DNA of 64,000 bases from an uncultured Thermoplasmatales archaeon (GTDB lineage: Archaea; Thermoplasmatota; E2; UBA202; DSCA01). Shown here in pieces: positions 37,863 to 47,537 of the stretch. The stretch covers positions 1-64,000 of the forward strand of contig CAZESS010000008.1 of NCBI GenBank assembly GCA_964514975.1. Reading direction: 5' to 3'. Position numbers and translations under genes: made by a program. The number at the start of each line of letters is the position of its first letter. The first letter of the stretch is position 1. Below the pieces are notes generated by a model, which saw only the letters and a program-made list of their open reading frames with translations, did not search any database and was not told the DNA's origin.

Positions 37863-39422
37863 CTATACACCTCCCACCGAGCCGATGTAGCCCGCCTGGT
37901 CGGCCAGCGCCTGCGCCGCAGGATGCACCAGATGGCTGACCACCCAGTCGGGGAACAGGCCGAACAGGATGATACCGACGGCCAGGATGGCCATACCCGC
38001 GAGCATGGACTTGGGCACCTCGCGGTTGTCAGATATGTCGAGCCTGGGCCCCATGAACGCGGAATGGAACACCTTGACGAAGGACGCCAAGGTCAGGATG
38101 GAAACTAGCATGGCGACGATTGACAGGATGGGACTGACCTGGTAGGCCGACTCGTAGATGAGCAGCTTCGACGCGAAGCCGTTCAACGGCGGGATGCCGG
38201 CGATGGCGAGCGCGCCGATGATGAAAAAGATAGCCGTATATTTCATCGAATGCGCCAGCCCGCCCATCTTTTCGAGGTTGCGCGTGCCGACCTTGTAAAA
38301 GATGGCGCCCGCCGTCAGGAACAGCAGACCCTTGTACAATGCATGGTTGATGATATGGAAGATGCCGCCCTCCATCGCTCGCAGGCCGTAGGTGTCAAAC
38401 TCCGCCTTGGAAAGCAGGTACAGGCCGACGCCGACGCCGAGCAACATGTACCCAGTCTGGCTGATGGCATGATACGACATCAGGCGCTTGATGTCCTTCT
38501 GCGGAATCGCCATGGTGACCCCGACGAACATCGACAGCAGCCCAAGCGCGATGATGATAATGCCGACCGTCGTCAGATTGAGCGTCACACCATACAGGGT
38601 GAAACAGACGCGGAACAGCGCATACAAGGACGCCTGGCTCGCCGCCACCAGCATCGCCGTAATCGAGGCCGGCGCAACCGTATAGGCATCGGGCGTCCAC
38701 ATGTGCATGGGCACCGCGCCGCATTTCATCGCAAAGGCGGCGATGAGCAATCCAAGCGCGAGCTTGTCCAGGAACGTGTACTCAAGCACGTTGGCGAGCG
38801 CCGCGATGTTCAAAAGGTTGTACTGCCCGTACAGCAGGCCCACCGAGAACAGGACCATCAGGGCGCCCAGCGTCGAAATCACGATGTACTTGAACGCGCC
38901 CTCTATGGCGTCGCCCTTGTATACCCGGAAGGCGATCAGACCCGCCGAGGCAATCGAGAGCACCTCGAGGAAGACGAACAGGTTGAACATGTCACCGGTG
39001 AACTCCATGCCGAGCATGCCGACCGTCATGAGCAACAGCAGCGTGAAAAAGCGCCCCTTGCCGCCCTCCCGGTCCATGAACGCCAGCGAATAGATGGCAG
39101 CGGCGAGCGACACCGTGCAGCTTATCAGGCCCATGAAGGCGCTCATCCCGTCAACCTGGAGCACGATGCGGACGGGCACGGCCGCCTGCGCCGGAATCGT
39201 CGACGTCGGATCGGCGGCACCCATGGTGTAGAGATGGGCGCCCTGGGTGAACACGTCCCAGGCCAGCACTATCATGACGAGCTGCGTGACAATGAGTATG
39301 AGGATAACCCACGCCGACCGAGCCTTCTTGTTCACCCGGTCGATGAGCGGCGTTAAAAAGGCCCCCAGCAATGGAATGGCGAGGAGCAATGCCGGCGCAT
39401 GTGTAAGCAAATCTTCCATCAT
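37863..39422 (-). CDS. mbhH: Mbh antiporter-like subunit (MrpD-like)
   Basis: DMFNLFVFLE, PMHMWTPDAY, HALYKGLLFL, GIPPLNGF. Confidence 0.92.
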   Translation of the reverse strand: MMEDLLTHAPALLLAIPLLGAFLTPLIDRVNKKARSAWVILILIVTQLVMIVLAWDVFTQGAHLYTMGAADPTSTIPAQAAVPVRIVLQVDGMSAFMGLISCTVSLAAAIYSLAFMDREGGKGRFFTLLLLMTVGMLGMEFTGDMFNLFVFLEVLSIASAGLIAFRVYKGDAIEGAFKYIVISTLGALMVLFSVGLLYGQYNLLNIAALANVLEYTFLDKLALGLLIAAFAMKCGAVPMHMWTPDAYTVAPASITAMLVAASQASLYALFRVCFTLYGVTLNLTTVGIIIIALGLLSMFVGVTMAIPQKDIKRLMSYHAISQTGYMLLGVGVGLYLLSKAEFDTYGLRAMEGGIFHIINHALYKGLLFLTAGAIFYKVGTRNLEKMGGLAHSMKYTAIFFIIGALAIAGIPPLNGFASKLLIYESAYQVSPILSIVAMLVSILTLASFVKVFHSAFMGPRLDISDNREVPKSMLAGMAILAVGIILFGLFPDWVVSHLVHPAAQALADQAGYIGSVGGV

Positions 39423-39778
39423 TCTTTCAACCTCCGTATCCTGGCAGCGTCAAGCGTGCCGTAATGCCGGTATATCTTGATGACCAGCGAGAGAATCAGG
39501 GCCAGGATGGCGACGCCGATGACGATGCTGGTCAGGGTCAGCGCCTGCGGGACGGGCAGCACCATGCCGCCCGGAATGACAATGCCCTCGGGCAGATTCG
39601 TGTAAATGGGCGCGACGCCGTCCTGCCGGTAGCCCAGCGTGATGAGGAACAGGTTTACGCCGGCCTCCACGATGGTCAGGCCGATGGCTATCTTGATGAG
39701 GTTGCGCTTGAATAGGATGGCGAAGAGGCCGATGGCGATGAGCGCGACGACGGCGATATAGGGAATGTTGTATATCAT
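39419..39778 (-). CDS. mbhG: Mbh MrpC-like subunit
   Basis: NLIK, PVPQALTLTSIVI. Confidence 0.9.
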   Translation of the reverse strand: MIYNIPYIAVVALIAIGLFAILFKRNLIKIAIGLTIVEAGVNLFLITLGYRQDGVAPIYTNLPEGIVIPGGMVLPVPQALTLTSIVIGVAILALILSLVIKIYRHYGTLDAARIRRLKE

Positions 39779-40266
39779 TGGTCTCCCTCCTTTGAGTCCT
39801 TGGACGCCATGGCCATGGCGAGCACCACGGCCGCCAGGCCGCCGATGACCTTCATGCCGACGGCCAGGTTGAGGATGGGCAGCGTGCCGCCCGAGTTCAG
39901 GAGGCCCGGATTGCCGCCAAACGACGGTACCTCGCCGAAAATATACGACGTGTCTGCGAGGAAGTTCGCCAGCAGCGTATCTGTGACCAGGATGAGGCCG
40001 AGCAGGCCGACAATGACGAAGGTCAGGCCGCCCAGGCTCTCGAACAGGGACAATACGGACTCGCTGACCTGTTTTTCCGTCCGGGATGCCCCGTAGGCGA
40101 CGATGAGCATCACGATGGCCGAGGCACCGATGGCGCCGCCCTGGAAGCCGCCGCCCGGCGTCAGATGGCCATACATGATGACATAGAACGAAAAAATCAG
40201 GATGAACGGGAATATCAATGCCGCAACGGTCCGCACGATGGGCGACATGCCCGGCTGCTCAGTCAT
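39775..40266 (-). CDS. mbhF: Mbh MrpB-like subunit
   Basis: [12 protein letters not shown]. Confidence 0.9.
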   Translation of the reverse strand: MTEQPGMSPIVRTVAALIFPFILIFSFYVIMYGHLTPGGGFQGGAIGASAIVMLIVAYGASRTEKQVSESVLSLFESLGGLTFVIVGLLGLILVTDTLLANFLADTSYIFGEVPSFGGNPGLLNSGGTLPILNLAVGMKVIGGLAAVVLAMAMASKDSKEGDQ

Positions 40267-40525
40267 AGCTATCCCTCCGTCTGAACAGGGCCATGACGCC
40301 GGCAACCGCGGTGAACAGCACCGTTGCCTCCCCCAGGGTATCAAACCCTCGGTAGTCAAAGACGACCGAGGTGACTGCGTTGTTGGCACCGGTCTCGTTC
40401 TGCGCGTTCTCGATGATGTAGTCATCCATGTCCGAGGGCGGCTCACCGAAATCACGCATCTCGTTCACGGTAACGAACATAAAGGCGACGAAGACCACGA
40501 ACACCAGGGCTGCAAGCTTTCTCAT
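40259..40525 (-). CDS. mbhE: Mbh subunit E
   Basis: [18 protein letters not shown]. Confidence 0.9.
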   Translation of the reverse strand: MRKLAALVFVVFVAFMFVTVNEMRDFGEPPSDMDDYIIENAQNETGANNAVTSVVFDYRGFDTLGEATVLFTAVAGVMALFRRRDSYD

Positions 40526-40824
40526 AGCTCCTCACCCCCTACATCCCCGGGTTCCTTGGCCGGCTCCACCGGCTCCTCCTGTCCCTCCATCCGCTTCGTC
40601 TGCCGGATGGCCAGCACGATGATGGCCGTGGTGATACAGGCGCCGATACCCGCCTCAGCGATGGCAACATCGGGCGCATGCAAAATGTAGAATTCGAGCG
40701 ACAGCAGCAGGCTCATCGCCGCCAGCGCGACGGCTGCACCGAGCAGGTCACGCAGCAGAATGGCAACGACGGCGGCGAGAACCATGAGCACTGGCACCGC
40801 GACATGGACAAGGTCACTCCACAT
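40522..40824 (-). CDS. mbhD: Mbh subunit D (DUF4040)
   Basis: APDVAIAEA. Confidence 0.88.
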   Translation of the reverse strand: MWSDLVHVAVPVLMVLAAVVAILLRDLLGAAVALAAMSLLLSLEFYILHAPDVAIAEAGIGACITTAIIVLAIRQTKRMEGQEEPVEPAKEPGDVGGEEL

Positions 40825-41209
40825 CGTCCACCTCCACATCTGCCATGTCGGCCTCGGCGGCTTCCTGCCCCGGCGCCAGGTCGTCGACCAGCGCCCGCGA
40901 TGGCATCACTCCGCTGCGATGCGCGGCACGGGCGATGGCATGCGCACCCGTCGGATTCGTGACCAGGATGGCGACCAGGGCAACGGCGGCATGGATGGCC
41001 ATGTTTATCATGGCAGTGTCGCCGTCATACCAGCGCCATGCACCATAGATGATGACCGCGCCAGCAAGGAAAATAGCACCGAACGTGGTGCACTTGGTGC
41101 CCGCATGCAGCCTCGTGTAGACGTCGGGGAAGCGCAGCAGCCCCAGCGACGCCAGCAGGTTGAAGAACAGCCCGACGCCCAGAAAGATGTAGATAATCCA
41201 TTCAATCAT
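40814..41209 (-). CDS. mbhC: Mbh MrpG-like subunit
   Basis: RFPDVYTRLHA, PTGAHAIARA. Confidence 0.9.
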   Translation of the reverse strand: MIEWIIYIFLGVGLFFNLLASLGLLRFPDVYTRLHAGTKCTTFGAIFLAGAVIIYGAWRWYDGDTAMINMAIHAAVALVAILVTNPTGAHAIARAAHRSGVMPSRALVDDLAPGQEAAEADMADVEVDDVE

Positions 41210-41475
41210 ATTTCCCCTCCTTCGAGATATTTGGCCACATACAGCGTGGTGATATAGGAGAGCACCGCGTAGACGATAGCGACGTCGATGTAGATGATCT
41301 CCATCGTCGCGGCCCCGAAGGCAAGCATGGATACGACGACGATGGTGTTGACCGTGTCAAGCCCGACGATGCGATCGGGCGCCGTCGGACCCAGGATGAC
41401 CCGCACCAGGGCGATGAGCACCGATATCGACAGCACGATGAGCGATATCATGAACGGGTCGTACAGGTCGATCAT
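41206..41475 (-). CDS. mbhB: Mbh MrpF-like subunit
   Basis: GPTAPDRIVGLD. Confidence 0.9.
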   Translation of the reverse strand: MIDLYDPFMISLIVLSISVLIALVRVILGPTAPDRIVGLDTVNTIVVVSMLAFGAATMEIIYIDVAIVYAVLSYITTLYVAKYLEGGEI

Positions 41476-41969
41476 TCTGCCACCCTCCGTGCCCACTTGG
41501 GAAATGAAGCACATATCGGCGTGCATGGCCGCGGCATCTCCTGCAGCGCCGCATCGTCGATGTTGATCCAGTGGATGTACAGGTCGCCATTGTCGATGTC
41601 AACCGAGAGCGTCCCCGGCGTCAGCGTGATGGAGTTGGCGAGCATGGTCATCGCCTCGTCGCTCTCCAGGCCCGGCGATATTTTGACGATACCCGGCCTG
41701 ATCCTGCCCGTGAGAACGCGGTAGGCGACGTCCAGGTTGGCCTTCGCCATCTCCCAGAAAAACGGGAACAGGTACGCGATGAAAAGCAGCCACCGTTTCG
41801 GGTTCGCCAGCTTGAAATTCTTCACGAAAACGCTGCGTCCCGCCGCGCCGGCAACCATCGACAGCACAATCCCGGCGATGATCTCGTCAGCACCCCACAC
41901 CTGGCCGTTGAACGTGAGGGCGAGCCACACGACGAAGCAGAAAACAGCGGTCCCTACGAAAGCAAACAT
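41472..41969 (-). CDS. mbhA: Mbh MrpE-like subunit
   Basis: PGIV, LANSITLTPGT, LYIHW. Confidence 0.9.
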   Translation of the reverse strand: MFAFVGTAVFCFVVWLALTFNGQVWGADEIIAGIVLSMVAGAAGRSVFVKNFKLANPKRWLLFIAYLFPFFWEMAKANLDVAYRVLTGRIRPGIVKISPGLESDEAMTMLANSITLTPGTLSVDIDNGDLYIHWINIDDAALQEMPRPCTPICASFPKWARRVAE

Positions 41970-42066
41970 CGGAGGGTAATCTCGTCTCCTCTTTAAAAGC
42001 TTGCGGTTTTCGGCGCCTCGCAACCGGGAAATCAATTTAAATATCCATTTTGGTTACATAGGGTAT

Positions 42067-42543
42067 ATGAAACCCCTTGTCGTCTACTACTCGCGGAGTG
42101 GAAACACCGAGATGGTCGCCGAGGCGCTTGCCGACATGCTGTCCTGCCCCCTTGAGAAAATCCGGGACATGGAGAAGCGCTCCGGTCTGCTGGGCTGGCT
42201 CCGCTCGGGGAAACAGGCCGCGAAGGGCGAGACCACGGAGCTGGAGCCGCTGGAGCATGACCCCGCCGATTTCGACCTCGTTGCCATCGGAACGCCGGTG
42301 TGGGCGGGCACCATGTCGACGCCGGTGCGGAGCTTTCTGGAAATGCATCGGGGCGGCCTGCCCAAGGTGGCGTTTTTCTGTACCGCCGGCGGCGACAACA
42401 CCGCCGGGACGTTCGCCGACATGGAGGAATGCTGCGGCCGGCAGCCCGTGGCGACGCTCGACGTCAGCCGGAAGATGATAAAAAAGCAGGAATGGCGGCC
42501 CGCAGTGGAGCGCTTCGCCGGTGAGGTAGCCGATGGAGCATGA
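42067..42543 (+). CDS. Flavodoxin
   Basis: YYSRSGNT FMN loop, GTPVW; TTTAAATA at 42036-42043. Confidence 0.88.
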   Translation: MKPLVVYYSRSGNTEMVAEALADMLSCPLEKIRDMEKRSGLLGWLRSGKQAAKGETTELEPLEHDPADFDLVAIGTPVWAGTMSTPVRSFLEMHRGGLPKVAFFCTAGGDNTAGTFADMEECCGRQPVATLDVSRKMIKKQEWRPAVERFAGEVADGA

Positions 42544-43021
42544 TCCTGCGGCGGGCAGGGATGACCGCTGGGAGGATGAATGGCCGGGGCGACATGTGAA
42601 AGAAGGTATGGGCTGGCAGGTGTCATTGTCGATTCTCGGCGGCGTGGGCTGGCTGGTGTTTCTTCTGGTGTGGCTTATTTTTTATGCATCCGAGTACTCT
42701 GGCTACCAGAACGTGGCTATCGTGCTGCTGTCGTTGCTGGCGGTGGCCGGATTGCTCGGGATCTTGTGGACGATATGGGGCTGGCGACGGAAACCTGAGG
42801 GGATACGGATGATGAAAACGCCGGGGTTCCGGTGGCGCGTTGTTTTTTCAGCGGTGAGCGTACCCGCAGCGGTGCTTGCGCTGGTCGGCTGGCTCTACTG
42901 GTATGCCGATGGCTACAGCATCTATCAGAACATAGCGGTGTGCATCATCATCCTGCTGATCATGGGCGGACTGCAGGGAGCGGTATGGGCGCCCTGGGGT
43001 ATGCGTCACGGCCGTTGCTAG
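42533..43021 (+). CDS. Uncharacterised 4-TM membrane protein made of an internal duplication
   Basis: Two repeats of W..(TM)..YA..YS.YQN.A..(TM)..W..WG.R. Confidence 0.75.
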   Translation: MEHDPAAGRDDRWEDEWPGRHVKEGMGWQVSLSILGGVGWLVFLLVWLIFYASEYSGYQNVAIVLLSLLAVAGLLGILWTIWGWRRKPEGIRMMKTPGFRWRVVFSAVSVPAAVLALVGWLYWYADGYSIYQNIAVCIIILLIMGGLQGAVWAPWGMRHGRC

Positions 43022-43039
43022 GATGTGCTGCCCTGCCGT

Positions 43040-43627
43040 TTACAGGAACTTGTTGTAGCCGACGGTGAGCAGGTTGCCGCCGACGAAGATATGGGTGTCG
43101 GGGCGGAGGCGCCAGGGGATCTTAACATGGGTGCCGTAGAAGCCCATCATCATGCCGGTCTGATCGCCGAGCATGAACCCGAAGTCACGGACCGTCTGTC
43201 CCTTCCAGAAATAGTTGGCGCCGAACTTGACCATGGTCATGCCGCCTGAATGGTAGTTGAAAAATATCGGCCGGAGAACGAACCGGAAGATGAAGCTGTT
43301 TTCCGGGCTGAGCAGCGCGCAGTCCCGGGCCATTGGCACGTAGACGTCTCCCTTGCCGTAGCTGAATATGAGATTGGAGAAGCCGATGTCGAAGCTGATG
43401 CCCAGCCGGGCCATCGCGCGGCCCATGTTGTCGTTGGCGATGTCGCGCTCGACCGCTGCAGCGGTATCCGCATCGAGCATCAGGGTGTGAGACCTGATGC
43501 CGGTGGGGCTGATGGTTTCTATTTCAGCAGCGATCTGCGAGGAGTCGTCGGCGGCTGCCGGGGCGGTGGTGAGCAGCGCCGGCGCCACAAAGATACCGAT
43601 GGCGAATAAAACCAGTAGCTTTTTCAT
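43040..43627 (-). CDS. Uncharacterised secreted protein (paralog A)
   Basis: MKKLLVLF signal peptide; motifs shared with 43732..44418. Confidence 0.75.
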   Translation of the reverse strand: MKKLLVLFAIGIFVAPALLTTAPAAADDSSQIAAEIETISPTGIRSHTLMLDADTAAAVERDIANDNMGRAMARLGISFDIGFSNLIFSYGKGDVYVPMARDCALLSPENSFIFRFVLRPIFFNYHSGGMTMVKFGANYFWKGQTVRDFGFMLGDQTGMMMGFYGTHVKIPWRLRPDTHIFVGGNLLTVGYNKFL

Positions 43628-43731
43628 GGATGTATATTGTGTGGCCATTTATAAATATATTGCGTGTGTGACGTGCTGGCATGACACCAATGTTTTTAAA
43701 CCTGGTATACATATAGGTATGGAGGTAAAAC

Positions 43732-44418
43732 ATGAAGGCAATAAAACTACGGGCATTCGCGGTAGCCATACTGCTATCCAGCCTTGTGCTGCTGCCGCTG
43801 GTAACCACCACCGGAAACGCCGGGGAAACAGGACGGAAAACGGTCACCTGCGCGGTCTTCCACGACGGACAGCGCGAGGTCACCGAGCAAAAACTCTCCC
43901 TGCTTGGAGCAGGGAATCTGCTGTCGACGGCGCGGACCGCCGTGAACGCATGGAAAAACGTGCAGGACGGAGACGTCAGCGACGCGGACAGAGCCGAAAT
44001 CGAGGCGGCGCTGACAGACCTGCTGTCAGCCCTCAAGGAAAAAGGATTGGTCCCCGCGGGGATAACACCCCGGGCGCTCGGGCTGCTCCCCGACGGCGGC
44101 ATCGCCTGGATGCATCCCATCGCCAGTTGCGGGAGCGGCTTCGGCTGCATACCGCTCTATCCGGGAGAGGCGTTCCTGGGCGTGATGCTCCGCCCGATCC
44201 TGCTGCAGTACTTCCTGCTGGGCTACACGGGCTGCCTCAACGCACGGGTCATCCCGCCGCGGGTAGAGTACTGGGATTTCACCGGGACGCAGACCGTGAT
44301 GGTGTTCGGATTCGCCGGCATCTATCTCGACTTCGCCAGCCTCGGCATCGGCATCCCGCCCGTCCAGGTGCTCATGGGTGAGAGCCTGTTCACCGCCGGC
44401 ATCGACTGGCCGATGTAG
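43732..44418 (+). CDS. Uncharacterised secreted protein (paralog B)
   Basis: GGAGGT RBS, signal peptide; motifs shared with 43040..43627. Confidence 0.78.
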   Translation: MKAIKLRAFAVAILLSSLVLLPLVTTTGNAGETGRKTVTCAVFHDGQREVTEQKLSLLGAGNLLSTARTAVNAWKNVQDGDVSDADRAEIEAALTDLLSALKEKGLVPAGITPRALGLLPDGGIAWMHPIASCGSGFGCIPLYPGEAFLGVMLRPILLQYFLLGYTGCLNARVIPPRVEYWDFTGTQTVMVFGFAGIYLDFASLGIGIPPVQVLMGESLFTAGIDWPM

Positions 44419-44422
44419 CCAT

Positions 44423-44448
44423 CTCTTTTTCCCTCTTTTTTTATTTTC
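44423..44448 (+). terminator. Pyrimidine/T-rich terminator
   Basis: CTCTTTTTCCCTCTTTTTTTATTTT just after the stop at 44418. Confidence 0.55.
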
Positions 44449-45016
44449 CATGGAGCTGCCTGAGCAGCCATGCCATGTTTTCGCCGAGGATGCGCATCGT
44501 CTCCATGCCCTCCCCGTCGTCGGCGACGTCACCGGGATCCCGGCCGACGCCGAGGTTCCAGTAGGAAGAGCCCGGCACCACCATCTGGCCGATCAGGAAA
44601 AAACGGTTGATGGCGTCGAAGACGGGCAGCGCTCCCGCGCGTCGCACGGCCACCACGGCGGCGCCGACCTTCCTCCGGAGCAGATCATCGTTGGCCCGGG
44701 CGACCATCCCGGCGCGGTCAATGAGCGCCTTGAGTGCCGGTGACACGTTGGCGAAATAGGTGGGAGACGCAAAAATGATGCCCTCCGCCGCCTGCATTTT
44801 CCTGATGCAGTCGTTCACCATGTCGTCGATGACACATCGCCCGTCCCTGTTCTCATAGCAGCGGTAGCAGGCGGTGCATCCCCTAACATCACGGCCGGCG
44901 AGCGACACCACCTCGGTTTCGATGGCCTGTTTTTCAAGCTCATCGAGCACCGTCTCGAGCAGCAGCGCGGTATTGCCCTCCCGTCGGGCGCTGCCGTTAA
45001 ACGCAACGACTCTCAT
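44441..45016 (-). CDS. Iron-sulfur flavoprotein / NADPH-dependent FMN reductase (multimeric flavodoxin family)
   Basis: [12 protein letters not shown]2CX2CX7C, ASPTY. Confidence 0.9.
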   Translation of the reverse strand: MRVVAFNGSARREGNTALLLETVLDELEKQAIETEVVSLAGRDVRGCTACYRCYENRDGRCVIDDMVNDCIRKMQAAEGIIFASPTYFANVSPALKALIDRAGMVARANDDLLRRKVGAAVVAVRRAGALPVFDAINRFFLIGQMVVPGSSYWNLGVGRDPGDVADDGEGMETMRILGENMAWLLRQLHGK

Positions 45017-45056
45017 GCCGCCATAACAACGGCTGCTTTAAAACCATGACCCCAGT

Positions 45057-45962
45057 TTACAGCGCGATGCCCAGGTAGAACGCGGCGAGCGCGAGCGCCA
45101 TCGCACCCCGGAACAGGTCGGTTGCCCGGCCGGCGCTGTCCACGTCCTCGAGCGCGAGCACGATGGCGTAGGCGACAAGCGCGTCGACCGGGATGTAGAG
45201 CACCAGGTACCACCTGCTGAGCACGTCCCATATCACGGGGAGCGGGGTCAGCGCGATGGAGACAGCCGCGATGGTGCCGCCCACCCTGACGGCGGCGCGC
45301 CGGCCGATGCGCATGGGGAGCGTAATCCGGCGGACGAGGTCGGCCTGCATGTCCCGGGTGTCCATCAGTATCTCCCGCCCCAGGATGATGAAGAAGGCCA
45401 TCATGGAGAGCAGCACGGCATCCCAGGGACGCCCGACGGCTGCGCCCCCGAACACGAAGGCGAGGCTGGAGAGCACCGCGACGACGAGGTTGCCCAGGAA
45501 CCCTCGCTGCTTGAACCGTGTCTCGTAGAGCATCAGGGATGCGATGGCGGCCAGAGCCAGGGCAAGACACCATGGGTTGATGAACAGGGAGATAGCTACC
45601 GCAGCGGCGAACAGCAGGATGGAGAACCACAGCGCCTCCCGTGTGGAGATGACGCCGGCGGGCACCGGCCTGCGTGGATGCGCGATGCTGTCTATCTCAC
45701 GGTCGAAGGAGTCGTTGAAGGTCATGCTGCCGGCTGTTATCAGGAACACGGCGGGCATCGCCAGCAGCAGGTCCCCCGTGGTGGTGGCGCCGGCGCCGAT
45801 GTAGACGCTGATGATGGCCATCAGGCCGAGCTCGGGCCGGGTCATCCTGATGTATGCCAGTGTTTTTCTGGCCGGCGATGGATGTGCATGACGCATGGCG
45901 TTGTTCGGGTCGGCGGCCTGGTCCTCCGGCCCTTCGGTCACCTCCACATCTATGGATGACAA
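45057..45962 (-). CDS. UbiA-family prenyltransferase, likely DGGGP synthase (start uncertain)
   Basis: NDSFDREID, HPRRPVPAG, GNLVVA, REILMDTRDMQAD. Confidence 0.82.
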   Translation of the reverse strand: MSSIDVEVTEGPEDQAADPNNAMRHAHPSPARKTLAYIRMTRPELGLMAIISVYIGAGATTTGDLLLAMPAVFLITAGSMTFNDSFDREIDSIAHPRRPVPAGVISTREALWFSILLFAAAVAISLFINPWCLALALAAIASLMLYETRFKQRGFLGNLVVAVLSSLAFVFGGAAVGRPWDAVLLSMMAFFIILGREILMDTRDMQADLVRRITLPMRIGRRAAVRVGGTIAAVSIALTPLPVIWDVLSRWYLVLYIPVDALVAYAIVLALEDVDSAGRATDLFRGAMALALAAFYLGIAL

Positions 45963-46007
45963 CAGGATATATGAGGCTTGTCATATCGCCGGGAGCGGAC
46001 GCGAACA

Positions 46008-46039
46008 TTTATAAATAGTATTTATATACTATTTAAATA
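46008..46039. promoter_or_regulatory. Divergent promoter region with three TATA-like octamers and a 10-bp-arm inverted repeat
   Basis: TTTATAAA, TTTATATA, TTTAAATA; TAAATAGTAT-ttat-ATACTATTTA at 46012-46035. Confidence 0.7.
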
Positions 46040-46057
46040 CGGTCGAGGTGTGTAGAC

Positions 46058-46603
46058 ATGGCAGACATACGGATAGAGAACATGGTCGCCTCCGCCACCA
46101 TCGCCGAGGAGCTCGACCTGGCAGCGCTCTCCCGGGTGCTGCCGGAAAGCAAGTACAATCCGGAGGAGTTCCCCGGGCTGGTGCTCCATCTCGCCGAGCC
46201 GAAGACCGCGGCGCTGCTGTTCAGAAGCGGAAAGATGGTCTGCACGGGCGGCAAAACATATGAGGACATACGGCGCGCCATCGACATGGTGGCGGCAATG
46301 GCCTCCCGGGCGGGAGCCGTCGTCCATGAGAGCCCGGAGATCGAGGTGCAGAACATCGTCGCCTCGTCGAACCTGGGATCATATCTCGATCTGAAAGCCA
46401 TCGCGCTGGCCTTCGGCCTCGAAACCGTGGAATATGAACCAGAGCAGTTCCCCGGCCTCGTGTACCGGCTGCAAGAACCACGCGTCGTCATGCTGCTGTT
46501 CAGCTCGGGCAAGCTCGTCTGCACCGGCGGCCGTAAACGGGAGCAGGTGGCGGCAGCCGTCGACGGCGTAGCCGCCGAGCTCGAGATGAAAGGGCTGCTC
46601 TAG
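46058..46603 (+). CDS. tbp: TATA-box-binding protein
   Basis: Two repeats N[MI]VAS...Y.PE.FPGLV...LF.SGK.VCTG. Confidence 0.97.
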   Translation: MADIRIENMVASATIAEELDLAALSRVLPESKYNPEEFPGLVLHLAEPKTAALLFRSGKMVCTGGKTYEDIRRAIDMVAAMASRAGAVVHESPEIEVQNIVASSNLGSYLDLKAIALAFGLETVEYEPEQFPGLVYRLQEPRVVMLLFSSGKLVCTGGRKREQVAAAVDGVAAELEMKGLL

Positions 46604-46797
46604 TCGCCGTCGCCTTTTACCCTGTCGAGCGTCCAGTCGCCATGCCGTTCGACCTCGGGTTTTTTCGCCGCGAGCATGTAGACCGCAATGACCAGGGCGG
46701 CAATGACGAACAGCACCACGGCCACGATAACCATGGCATACACCACGAGGAGGACAGCACCCAGCGCGGCGAGCACGCCTGCACCGATTCGCAGCAT
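46600..46797 (-). CDS. Small membrane protein
   Basis: Long hydrophobic stretch; directly follows the TIGR00266 gene. Confidence 0.6.
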   Translation of the reverse strand: MLRIGAGVLAALGAVLLVVYAMVIVAVVLFVIAALVIAVYMLAAKKPEVERHGDWTLDRVKGDGD

Positions 46798-46802
46798 GGA
46801 TA

Positions 46803-47537
46803 TCAGCTCAGGGATTCATCTATCAGCGTGCCGACCAGGCCGGATTTGCCCGAGGTCTGGCTCTGCTGTGGCATGAACGGCGCCAGGGCCATCGCCAGGT
46901 TTTTCAGCGTCATCGACTGCAGCAGCACTTTTCCGGGCCCCTCGAGCCGGGTGATGAAGAGCCCCTCGCCGCCGAACAGCATGGTCTTGATGCCCTTGAC
47001 CCGCTCGATGTCGTAGTCGACGGTGGCCTCCCAGCCAACGACGCTGCCCGTGTCGACCTTGAGGCGCTCGCCCTGACCGAGCTCCATCTCGATGAAGTCG
47101 CCGCAGGCGTGCACGAAGGCGGTACCGTCGCCGGACAGCCGCTGGAGGATGAAGCCCTCGCCGCCGAAAAACGTTGCCCCCAGGCGCTTCTGGAAAGCGA
47201 TTTTCATGTCGACGCCGTCGTCGGCGCAGAGAAACGCATCCTTCTGCGCCATGAAATCGGTGCCCGTTGAGAGATCCCATGCCTGTATCTTGCCGGGAGC
47301 GTTGCCGGCAAAGGCCACGATGGCGGTGCCGCCAGCCGACGAAAACTCGGTCATGAAAAACGTTTCGCCTGCCAGCTTCCTGCCCAGCCCCTTGAGTATG
47401 CCGCCGCGGCTCTTGGCCTCCATCTCCATGTTCGGGGACATGTAGACCATGGAGCCGGCCTCGCCGTAGACCTTTTCGCCTTCGCTGATCTCGAGGGTGA
47501 CAATCTGCAGGTTGTCACCGACAATTTTATGGTTCAT
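46803..47537 (-). CDS. TIGR00266/AIM24 family protein
   Basis: EAGSM, FFGGEGF, GPGKVLLQS. Confidence 0.92.
   Translation of the reverse strand: MNHKIVGDNLQIVTLEISEGEKVYGEAGSMVYMSPNMEMEAKSRGGILKGLGRKLAGETFFMTEFSSAGGTAIVAFAGNAPGKIQAWDLSTGTDFMAQKDAFLCADDGVDMKIAFQKRLGATFFGGEGFILQRLSGDGTAFVHACGDFIEMELGQGERLKVDTGSVVGWEATVDYDIERVKGIKTMLFGGEGLFITRLEGPGKVLLQSMTLKNLAMALAPFMPQQSQTSGKSGLVGTLIDESLS

Noticed and set aside
33955-41969. Operon as Mbx/Mbs or complex I
   Set aside because: The large subunit keeps all four Ni-ligating cysteines and there is a single MrpD-like subunit, as in Mbh
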